Assembly (NCBI GenBank): GCA_965153355.1
Contig: OZ231126.1
Location: forward strand, 49,538,001 to 49,602,000
Length of the DNA: 64,000 nt
From: Flaccisagitta enflata
Lineage: Eukaryota
Direction of reading: 5' to 3'
Shown here in pieces: positions 13,148 to 26,304 of the stretch. Below the pieces are notes generated by a model. The model saw nothing but the letters and a program-made list of their open reading frames with translations. It was not told the DNA's origin and ran no database searches. Made by a program: the position numbers and the translations under genes. Positions within the stretch are counted from its first letter, which is position 1; every line of letters begins with the position of its first letter.

Positions 13148-13742
13148 CTTCGCTGGACGTGGATTGCTCCGATGTTGAAGTTGTTGATGTTGATGTTGTT
13201 GTTGGTGGTGTTGTCATTGTTGTTGTTGTGGGTAATGAGGACGTTGATGTTGTTGTTGTTGGTGGTGTTGTCGTTGTTGTTGTTGGTGGTGGTGGTGTTG
13301 TCGTTCTTGTTTCCGTCGTCGTCGTCGTTGTCGTAATCGTCGTCGTCGTCGCTGTTACTTCCGTTTTCGGCGCCGGCGTCGTTTTCACTGCGCAAACAGC
13401 TTCGTGTTCCATCGCGCATAAATTTCTTCTTGCGTCGAACTTGGTTCCGCGGCCACAACTCATCGGCACTCGAACCCCGAACACGCACACGTAAAACATA
13501 CGACAATCGCCGAAATGAGGCAGAGTCGCGCCGTGGATTTTACAGGGAAGATGGTCGTCGTCGAGGTGGTTGTGGTTGTAGTTGGTGTAGTGGTTGTGGT
13601 TGGTGTTCGTGGTGGGGGTGACGGTGGTGACGGTGCCGCCAGAGCGGCGTCGTCTTGATATTTCGGCGCCGTTCGATTCGCCGATCGAAATCACAAATAA
13701 GATAACAGTAAAGAGGAGACAGGTCAGAGTGTACGGTGCCAT
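13148..13742 (-). CDS. Peritrophin/mucin-like chitin-binding protein, exon 1 (signal peptide, CBM14 domain 1, Thr-rich mucin tract)
   Basis: MAPYTLTCLLFTVILFVISIGESNG is a hydrophobic signal peptide. The six-Cys domain is CKIHGATLPHFGDCRMFYVCVFGVRVPMSCGRGTKFDARRNLCAMEHEAVC, followed by a poly-T/P tract. Phase-1 donor AAG|GTAATT at 13148/13147. Confidence 0.9.
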
Positions 13743-14214
13743 GTTGTGAAATTTATTCTGACAGCCTATGTCGAGTTTCTTGAATATTTCAGAGAAAAAA
13801 AGTTCTTTTGTAGAAGGGCCAATAAAAATCAACCAAGCAGCATGAAATCCGATACGCGTGCATTTATTGAGAGAGCAAAATTGCCGTTTTGAGATGAGTT
13901 GAGGGGGTGGAAGGAGCACGTACAAATGCCGCTACTATGGCGATCAAACTCCTTTTATGTCACCCGAATGAATGAATGAATGAACCTTTCGTTTTCGTTA
14001 TCGATGACGAATGCCGATGGTCAATACCGATGACGATGACGATGATGATGACGATGGTGACGATGGTGATAAATGTCATATGCTTCGATAAAAGACACAC
14101 ATCGAGTCACCAACGTTAATCCGTCGACTTTTATGGTGTGTGAATGGAGTGCGAAGGTTGTTGACAGTTTTCTCTTTTGATCGGGAAACAACGACGTTGA
14201 GAAACAGGTGCCCT

Positions 14215-14251
<37 letters not shown>

Positions 14252-14629
14252 CCCAAATATGTAAATATTTCGCCTTTTTACAAGTACAAATGAAAGAATG
14301 CTGACAATTTCTTTAAGGAATTCGCATTTCTTAAACACGCGCAAATTGCAGTTGCAAGTCTCACATACCTACATTCCACTCTCTCTCTCTCTCGCTCTCG
14401 CTCTCGCTCTCTCTCTCTCTCTCTCTTTTGAAGGAAGGAGTTGCCATTGTTTATTAAGGACTCTCTGAAACTTCGGTGTCACTTTCAGTGACCATTTTTT
14501 CATTGTTTCAACAAAAATCTCTGTCCCATTTATTGTCGCCTCTCCTTTTGTATTGTGCCCGTCGCTTCTTCTTGCTTGAATTATGTTGATCTTTGTTGTC
14601 CACACGTGCCACAACTACACCGTCTTTAA

Positions 14630-15505
14630 ATCGGAATGAAAAATGTTAAACCTACTCTACAACCCGCTTTGTCCGTCGGTCGGTCGGTCGGTTGGTCGGT
14701 CGGTTGGTCGGTCGGTCACACTTTACTTTTTTTTTTTATGATTTTATTTCTTTGACCTCACTGCTCCTGCCCATATGGTCTGGTGAACTCAAATATGGCC
14801 CCTGCCCACCCGCACGCGACTTCGGTAGCCGTGTATCCGGCCTTGTTCCTAACTACATGGTAAAAGATCTCCAAATTTTCAGGGAATTCTGGTAATATAC
14901 TGCGGTTTTGTTATACAAAACCTCAAATAGAATTTACTTTTGAAGCAGAGACAATTCTTACATATTTTCTTCTATGAAGAAACTTTCTTCATTTGCATGC
15001 CGTGTCTAAATGAAATAAGTTATAGCCCCGGGGATGGTCTCAAACGGCAGGAAATATATCATAGATTTAAAAAAATTGAAAAAATTTGGATTTTTAAAGA
15101 GGTTATGTTTGATTTGAAAAAAAAAATTCTGCTTACATGCAGACTTCAAATTCTGTAAAATTGATTAAAATCTTCATTAATATAAAAGAAATATTTTTGC
15201 CAAAACTAAAAGAGCTGATTATTTTTTCATTCGAGACCTTTTTCAGGGTTACAGCACAAAAAATTTTAAAATGGTAAGCGTATAATGACAATTTCTTTAA
15301 AAAAAAAAGTTCAATAAAATATGTGATGTTGCTCCAAAAAAATCCACTTTTTTTTAAATGATTTGCTGATCCTCGCGTATCCATGACTGAAAATTGAAGT
15401 TTTGCATAACAAAACCGCAGTATATTAAAAACATTCCCTGAAAATTTGAAGACTGTTTGCCCAGTAGTTAGGGAGTTGTAAAGGTTTAACATTTTTCAAT
15501 TCGAT
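14630..15505. mobile_element. TTAA-flanked TIR element (MITE); left TIR interrupted by a HINE
   Basis: TTAA|ATCGGAATGAAAAATGTTAAACCT ... AGGTTTAACATTTTTCAATTCGAT|TTAA. Inverted similarity resumes at 14848-14926 vs ~15395-15475. Confidence 0.65.
14655..14847 (+). mobile_element. Short HINE-like element (family A)
   Basis: ACTCTACAACCCGCTTTGTCC(GTCG)n..CCCTGCCCACCCGCACGCGACTTCGGTAGCCGTGTATCCGGCCTTGTT, near-identical to copies at 17577, 25951 and 58280. Confidence 0.8.
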
Positions 15506-15624
15506 TTAAGGCAAACTCATATTAAGTGTTGGTTTTAAAAAGCATTTAACATTGGCTGAGAGACACTTGATATAACTTAAATAACAGTGACGGTTCAAAT
15601 CAACACATGCAACAGATATAGACA

Positions 15625-16066
<442 letters not shown>

Positions 16067-16503
16067 GAGCCTCCCGAAAAAATCTTTCCTTAATTTGTTG
16101 CCCCCCATGAGTCTTAACCTTACAGATTGCTCCCTCCTCGAAAATTCATGGCGATGTCATTGTGTCGATCGGCGTCAAGGGTTTTGGCTACGTCTATTTC
16201 TTTATCTCTTTTTTCTTTCTCTTTCGCATTCTTATTGTCTTTCTTTCATGTATCCTGTACCGTGTTTCTGAAACTCCCTATTCTTCTACGAAAGTTTGTT
16301 TGTCTCACCGGTTTTCATTATTCCAATATTCTTGCTGGTCTGTCTGTATGTCTGTCTTTGGCTTTATCTGTGACACTTTTTCAGTTTATCTGTTTGTCTC
16401 TTTGTTTTGTCTTTTCCTGCCTGTCAGTTTGTTTGTTTGTTTGTTTGTTTCTGCCATGTTTGTTTCTGTCATGTTTGTTTCTGTCATGTTTGTTTGTCTG
16501 TCG

Positions 16504-16612
<109 letters not shown>

Positions 16613-17218
16613 CCCTCTCTCTTCCATTCATTCGGGCCTCCGGTTAATCAGGCGCACACGTGCGGCCGCGGGGGTCCCTTGTTTCCGAATTCCGACCGTC
16701 GGACGCGGAAGCGAATTTTTCGACCATTTCTCTTTCCTGATGTCTTTCTCTTTCTCTTTCTCTGTCTCTGTCTCTGTCTCTGTCCGTCTCCCTATTTCTT
16801 GCTCCTAGACTAGGTCGGCTAGGTCGCTGTCTCTGTCTATGTCTCTCAGTCCGTCTCCCTCGTTCCCGCTTTGTCTCTGTCTCAGTCCGTCTACCCGGCC
16901 CTTTTCTCGCCCTTAAACTAGCTCTCATCACGGCGGAAGCGGGAAACGATAATGATTTTGTGTTTCTGGCGTTTCTGCCGCTGCCGAGTTTCCATTAGTA
17001 AGAATCCCAAGAAAAGCATTTGTTCCCCCTTCTCTTCAATTATGTCGATCCAGGGGGATTTTGTCAGTCATTAACTTTCATCATTCTCAAATTCCTGGCA
17101 TTTTTCTTTACTTTTTTTTTCGTTTGCTTTCCTTCACTCTATCTTTATACGATTTTTTGTTTTGCTTCCCGATTTAGTTTTTTGTCTAGAGCGAGAAAAA
17201 AAACCCTTTAAATTGCAC

Positions 17219-17916
17219 CACAGCGCAATCTGTAGTGATATTAGTCCCCCGGGCTTTTCCCCCTTACAATCCCTGTTCACTTTATTTTCAAGAGTGAACT
17301 GGGGTTTGCTAAAAGATACAAAAGTCTGATCTTGGGGATCCCCCCGGGACCCGGGAAATCCCCATGGAATCCCCGGATGAAACTAATTTTCTCGTGAGTA
17401 TCATAATAACTTTAAAATTTGGTTATTTCTACTAAGGACATCAGGGCTTTTCTGCTTTTAAGAACTTTTAATTAAAAAAAACTGAACTCAATGTGGGACA
17501 TGCCCCACTTTATCCCCAGATCATTTCTTCATAAACTTTTAAAGGGGGATGTAGCCGGGGATTTCCAAACTCGGATTTTTAGTTGCATGCACGCGACTCT
17601 ACAACCCGCTTTGTCCGTTGGTTGGTCCGTCGGTTGGTCGGTCGGTTGGTCGGTCGGTCCGCCACACTTTATTTTTTTTATGATTTTATTTTTTTGACCT
17701 CAACGCTCCTGCCCAAATGGTCTGATGACCTCAAATATGGCCCCTGCCCACCTGCACGCGACTTCGGTAGCCGTGTATCCCGCCTTGTCTTTAACTGAAG
17801 ACATCAGGGCTTTTCCCCGTGGATTTCCAGACTAATTTCATTAACTGGGGACATCAGGGTTTTTCCCCGGGGGGGGGGGACTAATGTCACATTTTTCTAC
17901 TATAGATTGCGCTGTG
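17219..17916. mobile_element. Non-autonomous Transib-like element (CAC ends, 5-bp TSD)
   Basis: TGCAC|CACAGCGCAATCTGTAGT ... ACTATAGATTGCGCTGTG|TGCAC. The 5-bp direct repeat is at 17214-17218 and 17917-17921. Confidence 0.75.
17577..17790 (+). mobile_element. Short HINE-like element (family A) nested in the Transib-like element
   Basis: TTTTAGTTGCATGCACGCGACTCTACAACCCG..GCACGCGACTTCGGTAGCCGTGTATCCCGCCTTG. Confidence 0.8.
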
Positions 17917-18810
17917 TGCACCCTCCCGTTTCCCCTCACACGCACTAAAAAGAGCAAAGAAAACGAAAAAAATCCTTTAAAACAGTTAATTGCAATCACA
18001 ACTGCTTCATTGCTCGCACCGAAGAGGAAGAGGTAGTAAAATCTGAAACTAAAGGTTTTTTAGTGCTGGCTAGGCGACTGTGTAGGAAGGTACGTGGGAA
18101 CGTCGGTAACGCGAAATTTTGGATGACACAAAATCGGCTGAAGTACTGATTTCTAAGCATTGCGGCCCTTGCCAAGCCCCGCCCACCCACATACTGCCTT
18201 TGCTCACCCACATTACTGCCCCTGCCCATCCGCCAGCGACTGCTTATTGGTCGTATATCCGGACTTGTTTTTAAGTTCCCAACTCAATGCTTTAGTGGGA
18301 TAGCTCTGCAAGATATATACAGTGATCACTGCAAATCCGGACCAAAGTGTGAATTTTTTTTTACATAATCCTCATGATGTATATGAAAGATTCAGAAGGG
18401 GTGCCCTCATATACGGGCCCTTCAGGGGTCCCTAGGGGCCCCCAAAAAAGCCCGTTGAGAAAAATTTTTCAAAAAAGTATCTTCAAAAGGGGGGTCAAAA
18501 CAATAGGAAATTACCTAATTCGCCTAGATCCAAGGTCCTGTAGACAAAAATTTTTTTCCAAAAACTTGACAATTTTTGGGTCGGGTTCCCCCAAATTTAT
18601 CCAAAAATTATTTCGAAAAAAAAAGTTCTCTGAAAGGGGGGTCAAATCAACTGGAAATGATCTAATTTGCCAAGATACAAAGCCCTGGAAACAACTTTTT
18701 TTTTTTTTAAACTTTTTTTTTTTTGTGCCGGATGGATGGACCAATGGACGGACCAACGGACAGGCCAACAGACTGACAAAACGGGATGTAGAGTCGCTTG
18801 CACGTGACTG

Positions 18811-18850
<40 letters not shown>

Positions 18851-18853
<3 letters not shown>

Positions 18854-21089
18854 CAAGCGTAACCTGGAGACTTAGTTGACTTTTTAGTCGCGTGCACGCG
18901 ACTCTACAACCCGCTTTGTCCCCCGGTCGGTCGGTCGGTTGGTCGGTTGGTCGGTTGGTCACACTTTACTTTTTTTTATTAATTTTATTTCCTTTAGTCA
19001 TTTTTAGTCATTTTTAGTCATTCTAAGTCATTCTAAGTCATTCTAAGTCATTCTAAGTCATTCTAAGTCATTCTAAGTCATTCTAAGTCATTTTAAGTCA
19101 TTATTGTCATTTTAGTCAATATAGTCCTTTTCATCATTTTAAGTCATTCTATGTCATTTAAAGTTATTTTAAGTCATTTCAAGTGATTTTAAGTCATTTC
19201 AAGTGATTTTAAGGCATTTTAAGTCATTCCAAGTCATTTTAAGTCATTATTTTCATTTTAGTCAATATAATCCTTTTCATCATTTTAAGTCATTTTAAGT
19301 CATTCGAAGTCATTTTATGTCATTATAAGTCATTATACATCATTTTAAGTCATTTTTAGTCATTCTAAGTCATTCTCAGTCATTTTAGTCATTTTAGTCA
19401 ATATAGTCATTTCACTTTTTATTTACATAATTATAGGTAATTATAGGTCATTATGCAATTTTGGGTAATCATAGGTAATTATAGGTCATTATAGGTCATC
19501 ATTGGTAATCATAGGTCATTATGTAAGAATAGATAATCATATGTAATCAAAGGTAATTATAGATCATTATAGGTAATTATAGGTCATTATGTAATAATTG
19601 GTAATTATAGGTCATTTTAGATAATTATAGGTAATCATAGGTCATTATGAAATATGGGTAATCAAAGATCATATAAGGTAATTATAGGTCATTATGTAAT
19701 AATAGGTTATTATAGGTAATCATAGGTCATTATAGGTAATTATATGTAAATAGAAAATTATAGGTAATTATAGGTCAATATTTAATTTTAGGTAATTATA
19801 GCTAATCATAGGTAATAATAGGTAATTATGGGTCAATATGCAATTACAGTTAATTATAGGTAATCATAGGTCATTAAAGGTCATTATGTTATTAAAGGTA
19901 GTTATGGGTAGTTATGGGTAATCATAGGTCATAATAGGTAATTATTGGTCCATATGTAATTGTAGGTAATCATAGGACTTTATAGGTACTTATAGGTCAT
20001 TATTTAATTATGGGTAATTATAGGTAATTATAGGTAACTATAGGTAATCATAGGTCATTATAGGTCATTATAGATCATTATGTTATTATAGGTAATTGTG
20101 GGTAATTTTGGGTAATCATACCTCATTATAGGTAATTATTGGTCCGTATGTAATCATAGGTAATCACAGGTCTTTATAGGTACTTATAGGTCATTATTTG
20201 ATTATGGGTAATTATAGGTAATCATAGGTTATTATAGGTAATCATAGGTCATTATAGGCAATTTTAGGTCAATAGGTAATTATAGTCATTATCATCATTA
20301 CAGGAAATAACGTACTTAAATAAATAGGCGATTATGTAAGTAAGTCTCGCACGCGACTTATAGGTGTTGGCCTTGTTTGCTAGTGAAATACAATCATACG
20401 CAACATCACTATCGGACTTTGGGAAGCTACACCTTCCAGCAAAGAAATCTGAGACATAGGAAATATCTCATGCCACTCGTTGCTAGCAAAAGCGGCTAGT
20501 CTCTAAGTCATAGGATAGAATTGCTTTTTCTTCTTTTTGAATTTTTTTTCTAAACGATAAACAGAAAAACATGTCACGGTAGTGTTCGTGGAAGGAAATG
20601 CTACACTGGTTTTGAACTATTTTCATTGGCCATGTCAGGCAAGTACTTTGACTAGCCAGAGGCGGGTTTTTTTAAATCAACTTTAATATCAAAGTGATTT
20701 TATCTATCTCAGATGTTATCAAACTCATAAGCCATGATGAGCTTGAGAGCATTTTCAACGCCTTTCAAGGTAAAATTTTTGATGGGGCAGCAATTGTGCA
20801 TATGTTGAAGGCAGGAACAGTTACAACATTTGCTGAGTAGTCAGAAACAGTCTTCATTCCATAAGTGACCAGATGTTTAGGTCCTGTGCAGAGATTGGAT
20901 ATTGTTTGGGACCTTTACAAGAAAGACAGTCTGAAGACTGACACCAGAGTAAAATGAGGAAAATTAAAAGAAATCCATTGAAAAGTGGCTGCCTCAACAA
21001 AACTGCCAAGTAATTGGCAAGATTTCCTGAAAGATGACACCAATAAAGAGGAACTATTTTCTTTCCTCACAAGTGCAGTCAGCTGTCAC
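18851..21089 (+). pseudogene. AcademX XPG/PIN-like nuclease region, 5' part (interrupted)
   Basis: After removing insertions at 18884-20377 and ~20450-20710 it reads LQA*PGDLVDFFASEIQSYATSLSDFGKLHLPAKKSDVIKL..KIFDGAAIVHMLKAGTVTTFAE*SETVFIP*..RLDIVWDLYKKDSLKTDTR..LPSNWQDFLKDDTNKEELFSFL. Several premature stops. Confidence 0.8.
18884..20377 (+). mobile_element. HINE-like element containing (AAGTCATTCT)n and (ATAGGTMATY)n satellites
   Basis: 5' TTAGTCGCGTGCACGCGACT palindrome plus (GGTC)n; 3' CGCACGCGACTTATAGGTGTTGGCCTTGTT. Inserted into the T-run encoding FF of the Academ ORF. Confidence 0.8.
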
Positions 21090-21959
21090 CAGGTAGTCCG
21101 CCAGCGAATTTGGGTGCGTTCAGCAACGGGGAATGAACGCATGTTGATGAACAATGCCATACAGTCGTTCATGAACGACTAAAAAGAGGCTCTTGGCCAA
21201 CGATTTTGTTCATAGAGGGCCATAAAAAGCCCGTTCATGAACGGCAAAAAAAATCCACTCCACCAACGAAATCGTTGGTGGAGTGGATTTTTTTGCTGTT
21301 CATGAACGACTCAATATGAATGTTCATGAACAATGGCATAGTAATGTTGATGAACGATCATTAAAATGCATTTCATGAACAATCGAGTAAAAAAAAAAGG
21401 AAAAAAAAAATTTAGAGAAAAAAAAATTGTTGTTGGAGTGGGTTTGTTTAGCGGTTCATGAACGACCCAATATTATAAGTTGATGAACAATAATGAAAAA
21501 TTTTTCATAAACAATCGTTAAAACCATTTGATGAACGATTGCTTATTGAGAAAAAAAAATGAAAGAAATTGAAGTTAAAAAAAAACCTCGTTGTTGGAGT
21601 GGGTTTTTTTAGCTGCTCATGAATGACCCAATAATGTGTCTCCATGAACAATAAAAAGAAATTGTTCATAAACAATATCTAAACTTCATTTGAAAAACGA
21701 TTGCTTTTGGAGAGAAAAAAAAGGAAAGCTTAGAATGAAAAAAAAGAAGAAAATAATGATCTACCACGCGGATCAAAAAAAAAAAAAAAAGATGGAATTT
21801 TAAATGGCTAATATTGCTAATGAATCTTAAGAAAAGTTGTTAAAATCTTGTTTGAAAAAAAAACTTTGAATAAAAACATTGCACATTTCAGTTTCGCAAC
21901 AGCTATGTAAATAAGGCCAAATTACAGCCAATAAGTGCGCCTCGCTTGATTAAGAATTA

Positions 21960-22100
21960 TTGAATGAACATTTTTGATGAATGAATGAATGAATGAATGA
22001 ATGAATGAATGAATGAATGAATGAATGAATGAATGAATGAATGAATGAATGAATGAATGAATGAATGAATGAATGATTGAATGAATGAATGAATGAAAAT
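21960..22100. repeat. (GAAT)n microsatellite
   Basis: Direct reading. Confidence 0.98.
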
Positions 22101-22524
22101 GAATGTGGTGAAGCATCAGAGGTGATAGGAATGAAGAAATACGTAAGACTCAGCCGTTTTGCACATTTGAAACATTTGCGTTACCAATCAACCAACCGAC
22201 CAATCAACTGACGGACATGACCTCTTATATATAGCATCTGATTCATGCAGGAAGCATAGCACAATGAGAACAAAAACAATAGTCGCAAAAGCGTTACATG
22301 GTCAGCGGTACCCGATGCCCCTAAGTTAGTGTATGTGGGAATGAGATTATGAGAGGGGCAGCGGCCCCGGAGGGGCCGATGACATATGATTCCACAATTT
22401 TCTCCGGTTTGAAAAGCTAGGTTGGGGGGCTGAGAGGCCTGATTTTGGGTCTGAAAGGTCTGATTTAGGGTCTGAGAGGCATGATTTGGGGTATGAAAGG
22501 GACTGATTTGGGGGCTCAGGGGTC

Positions 22525-23410
22525 TTCGATGAGGATCCTTCAACAAGCTTCTCAAGTGCCTCGTCGACGCCAGCAGCATCCCAGCCTCTCAAAAATCAGC
22601 ATGTCACTGCAGCAACAACTGATGCACACGATGCCACGGTAAAAAGGCCCATTTCAAAGAGTTTAGGCCAGCCAAATTCGAGTTGTCCCTCAAAACACTC
22701 AAAAACGCCTTCAACTGAAGCACTTGACGAGGCGCTGCAGCCAAACCACTTGGAGAAGGGCCCCAAGACTAAGCAGGCATCTACATCAACTAAAGGGCTA
22801 ACAAACGCGACCATCCGTTCTCAAGCAGTGCTTCGACAAAACCAAAAATGTCACCAAAACGCCCAAATCTGAACCGCACAGTGGATCACAACAGGGAAAA
22901 ATGGCGAATAAACTTATCTCGGGCTCTCAGAAGAGTTCGGAGGATTCCAAAGAAGATCAATTTGATAGATCTCGACCTGCTGAATCTGCCTACGCTATTT
23001 TCGAGAACGTCGCTTCAACCGTTTTGAAGATACAGAGCGTCGAAGCCAAAAATCTTCAGCATAGCGCGCCAAAAACCGGATTTTTAAGCAAGAATTCAGA
23101 AAAACCTCAATTTTTATGTGACAAAGGATGCTTGAGTACTGAAAATTCTCGATTTGACAGTTTGTGCCGGGCTGAAGCCAATGGCGAGGTCCCCAAGCAT
23201 TAAAAATTTACCGATTCGGAGATAAAGACTGATGAAGTTGCAAATAAAAAATTTTCCGAATTTCAAACAGAAAAACTTAGATTTCTCGGTGACAAAGAAT
23301 TCTTGATCTTAAAAAAACCCTGATCTTTAAAGATTCCATAGTTTACAGTTTTTGATATGTCTGATCTAATGGCAATATCGGGAACTTAGAACTTACCATT
23401 TCTGCAATAG
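22525..23410 (+). repeat. Inverted partial duplicate of the Gypsy pol linker (24200-25093)
   Basis: Reverse complement of 24200-25093. The ORFs share KMANKLISGSQKS.EDSKEDQFDR and PKLFEMGLFTV. Confidence 0.9.
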
Positions 23411-23419
23411 AGAAAAACT

Positions 23420-23940
23420 TAAATTTTTTTTTGCTTAAATTCTTTATCGCTAAAATTTTTTTCGCTAAATTTTTCTCTTGCTAAATTTTTTTTTGCTAAA
23501 ATTTTTTTTGTTAAAATTTTTTTTGCTAAAATTTTTTTTGCTAAAATTTTTGCTGGCTACAATTTTTTTGCTAAAATTTTTTTCGCCAAAATGAATCTCG
23601 CTATAAATTTCTTGCTAAAATTTTTTTGCGCTAAAATTTTTCTCGCCAAAATGTTTTTACTAAAATTTTTATTGTTAAAATTTTTTCTCAATAAAATTTT
23701 CTCAATAAAATTTTTTCACTAAAATTTTTTTTATAAGAATTTTTCTCGCTAAAATCCTTATCGTTAGAATTATTTCGTTTAAATTTTTCTTGCTAAAATT
23801 TTTCTTATTAAAATTTTTTCTCGCTAAAATTTTTTCGCTAAAATTTTTTTTGCTAAATTTTTCTTGTTAAAATTGTTTCTTGCTAAAATTCTTTTTATTC
23901 AAATTTTTCCTTGCTAAAATTTTTTGTCGCTAAAGTTTTC
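23420..23940. repeat. AT-rich ~16-bp satellite (TTGCTAAAATTTTTT)n
   Basis: Direct reading. Confidence 0.9.
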
Positions 23941-23964
23941 AATGAGGTCAAATATCTTCCTTCA

Positions 23965-25872
23965 AAAATTGAGCGGAACAAATGGTCTAGCGGGATCGTT
24001 TGAGACATCGACGTAGATGTATGAATCACGGAGTAGGATTTTCCTGAACTGTAAACTAGTCCTGGCGTCGTTTAGAAGTTGCCTAAAATCTGGATCAAGT
24101 GCCTGTTGGTGTGCCAATTCTTCCATATCAATATCATAATGGTCAACTGCGTTGATTACGGCTTGAAGTTTGGAAATTTTTGGGTTTGGAACTTTGCCGG
24201 TCTCTGGCGCTGAAACGGTAGATTTCTCGTGAACACGGACATCACCGTTGGCTTCGGCACGGCATAAACTGTCCACATACAATTTTTCAGAGCTCCGACA
24301 TTTTTTGTCACCGAGAAATCTAAGGTTTTCTGTCTGAAGTTCGGAATTTTTTTTTTGCAACTTCATCAGTCTTTATCTCCAAAACGGTAAATTTCTAATG
24401 CTTGGGGACCTCGCCATTGGCTTCAGCCTGGCACAAACTGTCAAATCAAGAATTTTCAGTGCTCAGGCATCCTTTGTCACGTAGAAATTGAGGTTTTTCT
24501 GAATTTGTGCTTAAAAATCCGGTTTTCGGCGTGCTACGCTGAAGATTTTTAGCTTCAACGCTCTGTATCTTCAAAACGGTTGAAGCGGCGTTCTTGAAAA
24601 TAGCGTAGGCAGATTCAGCAGGTCAAAATCTATCAAATTGGTCTTCTTTTGAATCCTCCAAACTCTTCTGAGAGCCCGAGATAAGTTTATTCGCCATTTT
24701 TCCCTGTTGTAATCCACTGTGCGGTTCAGATTTGAACGTTTTGGTGACATTTTCGGTTTTGTCGAAGCACTGCTCGAGAACGGGAGGGGCTAGAGGGTCG
24801 CGGATGGCCGCGTTTGTTAACCCTTTAGTTGATGTAAACGCCTGCTTAGTCTTAGGGCCCTTCTCCAAGTGGTTTGGCTGCAGCGCCTTGTCAAGTGTTT
24901 CAGTTGAAGGCGTTTTTGAGTGTTTTGAGGGACAACTCGAATTTGGCTGGCCTAAACTCTTTGAAATGGGCCTTTTTACCGTGACATCATGTGCATCAGT
25001 TGTTGCTGCAGTGACATGCTGATTTTTGAGAGGCTGGGATGCTGCTGGCGTCGACGAGGCACTTGAGAAGCTTGTTGAAGGATCCTCATCGAAATAGACA
25101 TCGAAATCAGCCAATTCTTTTTTTATATCAGCAAACATTTTCTCTGCTTCTCTCGAATGTTGTCGGAGGCGACTGGGGACGCGAAGGTGACTTTGCGTTG
25201 ACGAGAGGCTGGAGGATCTGCGGCGGATGCAGTTCTTGAAGGCTGCGAGATTGATGAGATGGTTGGTTGACTTTGGATTGGTTTCAAATGATGGCAGAAA
25301 CAAACTGATGAGATTGTAGCTGAACTTTGCAACATGTCCAAATGTTGCAAGAAGACATGACGGTCATTGGCAACTGACGAGATGTTGGAGACAGATGCTG
25401 CTGCTTTGTTGGAGAGGATCCCATTTGGCCTTGAGAGTGCATCCGCCACAAAGTTACTTTTACCCTCTAGATAGCGTATATCAGTAGTAAATTTGGCTAT
25501 CTCTGACAACTGATGTGTTTGCCTTGCTGTTGGTGCGTCAGTTTTCTTGTGGATTGAAGGCACCAAGCTTTGGTGGTCGGTATAAAGAGTAAAAGGGCGG
25601 CCTTCCACCATGTGTTTAAAATGTCGTATTGCCATGTGAGCCGCATTAAGCTCTCTGTCATAAGGACACCAGTCTTGTTGAGTGTCTGATAGCTTTTTGG
25701 ACCAAAAGGCCAACGGTTCCCATCCATGAGGGCCTCTCTGCTCAATGATAGCTCCCATCGCGACATCTGAAGCATCTGTTGTGATGGCAAGTAGGAGATT
25801 GGGGACATCAAGTGGGACATCCCAAAGAAAGCGGTTCACATCCAACATCCATCCATTAAGGATTACCATCAA
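23965..25872 (-). pseudogene. Ty3/Gypsy LTR-retrotransposon pol remnant (RNase H, long linker, pre-integrase region)
   Basis: RNase H motifs TTDASDVAMGA, WEPLAFWSKKL, YDREL.A, FTLYTDHQSL and IRYLEGKSNFVADALSRP. Downstream IDMEELAHQQALDPD..YVDVSNDPARPFVP. Frameshifted; no LTRs recognised. Confidence 0.9.
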
Positions 25873-25950
25873 AGCATTTGTACCCTGTGATGATCAAGTC
25901 AAGTTTTGTGAATGTTGCCAAACAAAGGGCGCTTTGTCGACTTCCATTTG

Positions 25951-26170
25951 AACAAGGCCGGATACACGGCTACTGAAGTCGCGTTTGGGTGGGCAGGGGC
26001 CGTATTTTAGGTCACTAGACAATGTGGGCAGGAGCAGTGAGGTCCAAGAAATAAAATCATAAAGAAAAGTAAAGTGTGACCGACCAACCAACCAACCTAC
26101 CAACCGACTGACCGACCAACCAACCAACCGACAGACAAAGCGGGTTGTAGAGTTCCGTGCACGCAACTAG
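25951..26170 (-). mobile_element. Short HINE-like element (family A)
   Basis: AACAAGGCCGGATACACGGCTACTGAAGTCGCG..(ACCR)n..GCGGGTTGTAGAGTTCCGTGCACGCAACT. Confidence 0.8.
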
Positions 26171-26304
26171 AATTTCTTCAAGGGCCCGCATCCTTTGCAG
26201 ATGCATTTGACGACTCACTGGAGGCTTTATACAACACAGTCATTTACAAAGAACCATCCATACCCAAACTGCACCACGTAATCTGAGGTGAGATTAAAAC
26301 CCGG

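Noticed and set aside
13743-13925. N-terminal extension of the 261-aa ORF
   Set aside because: It begins at a non-ATG codon. The ATG at 13742 directly precedes a signal peptide.
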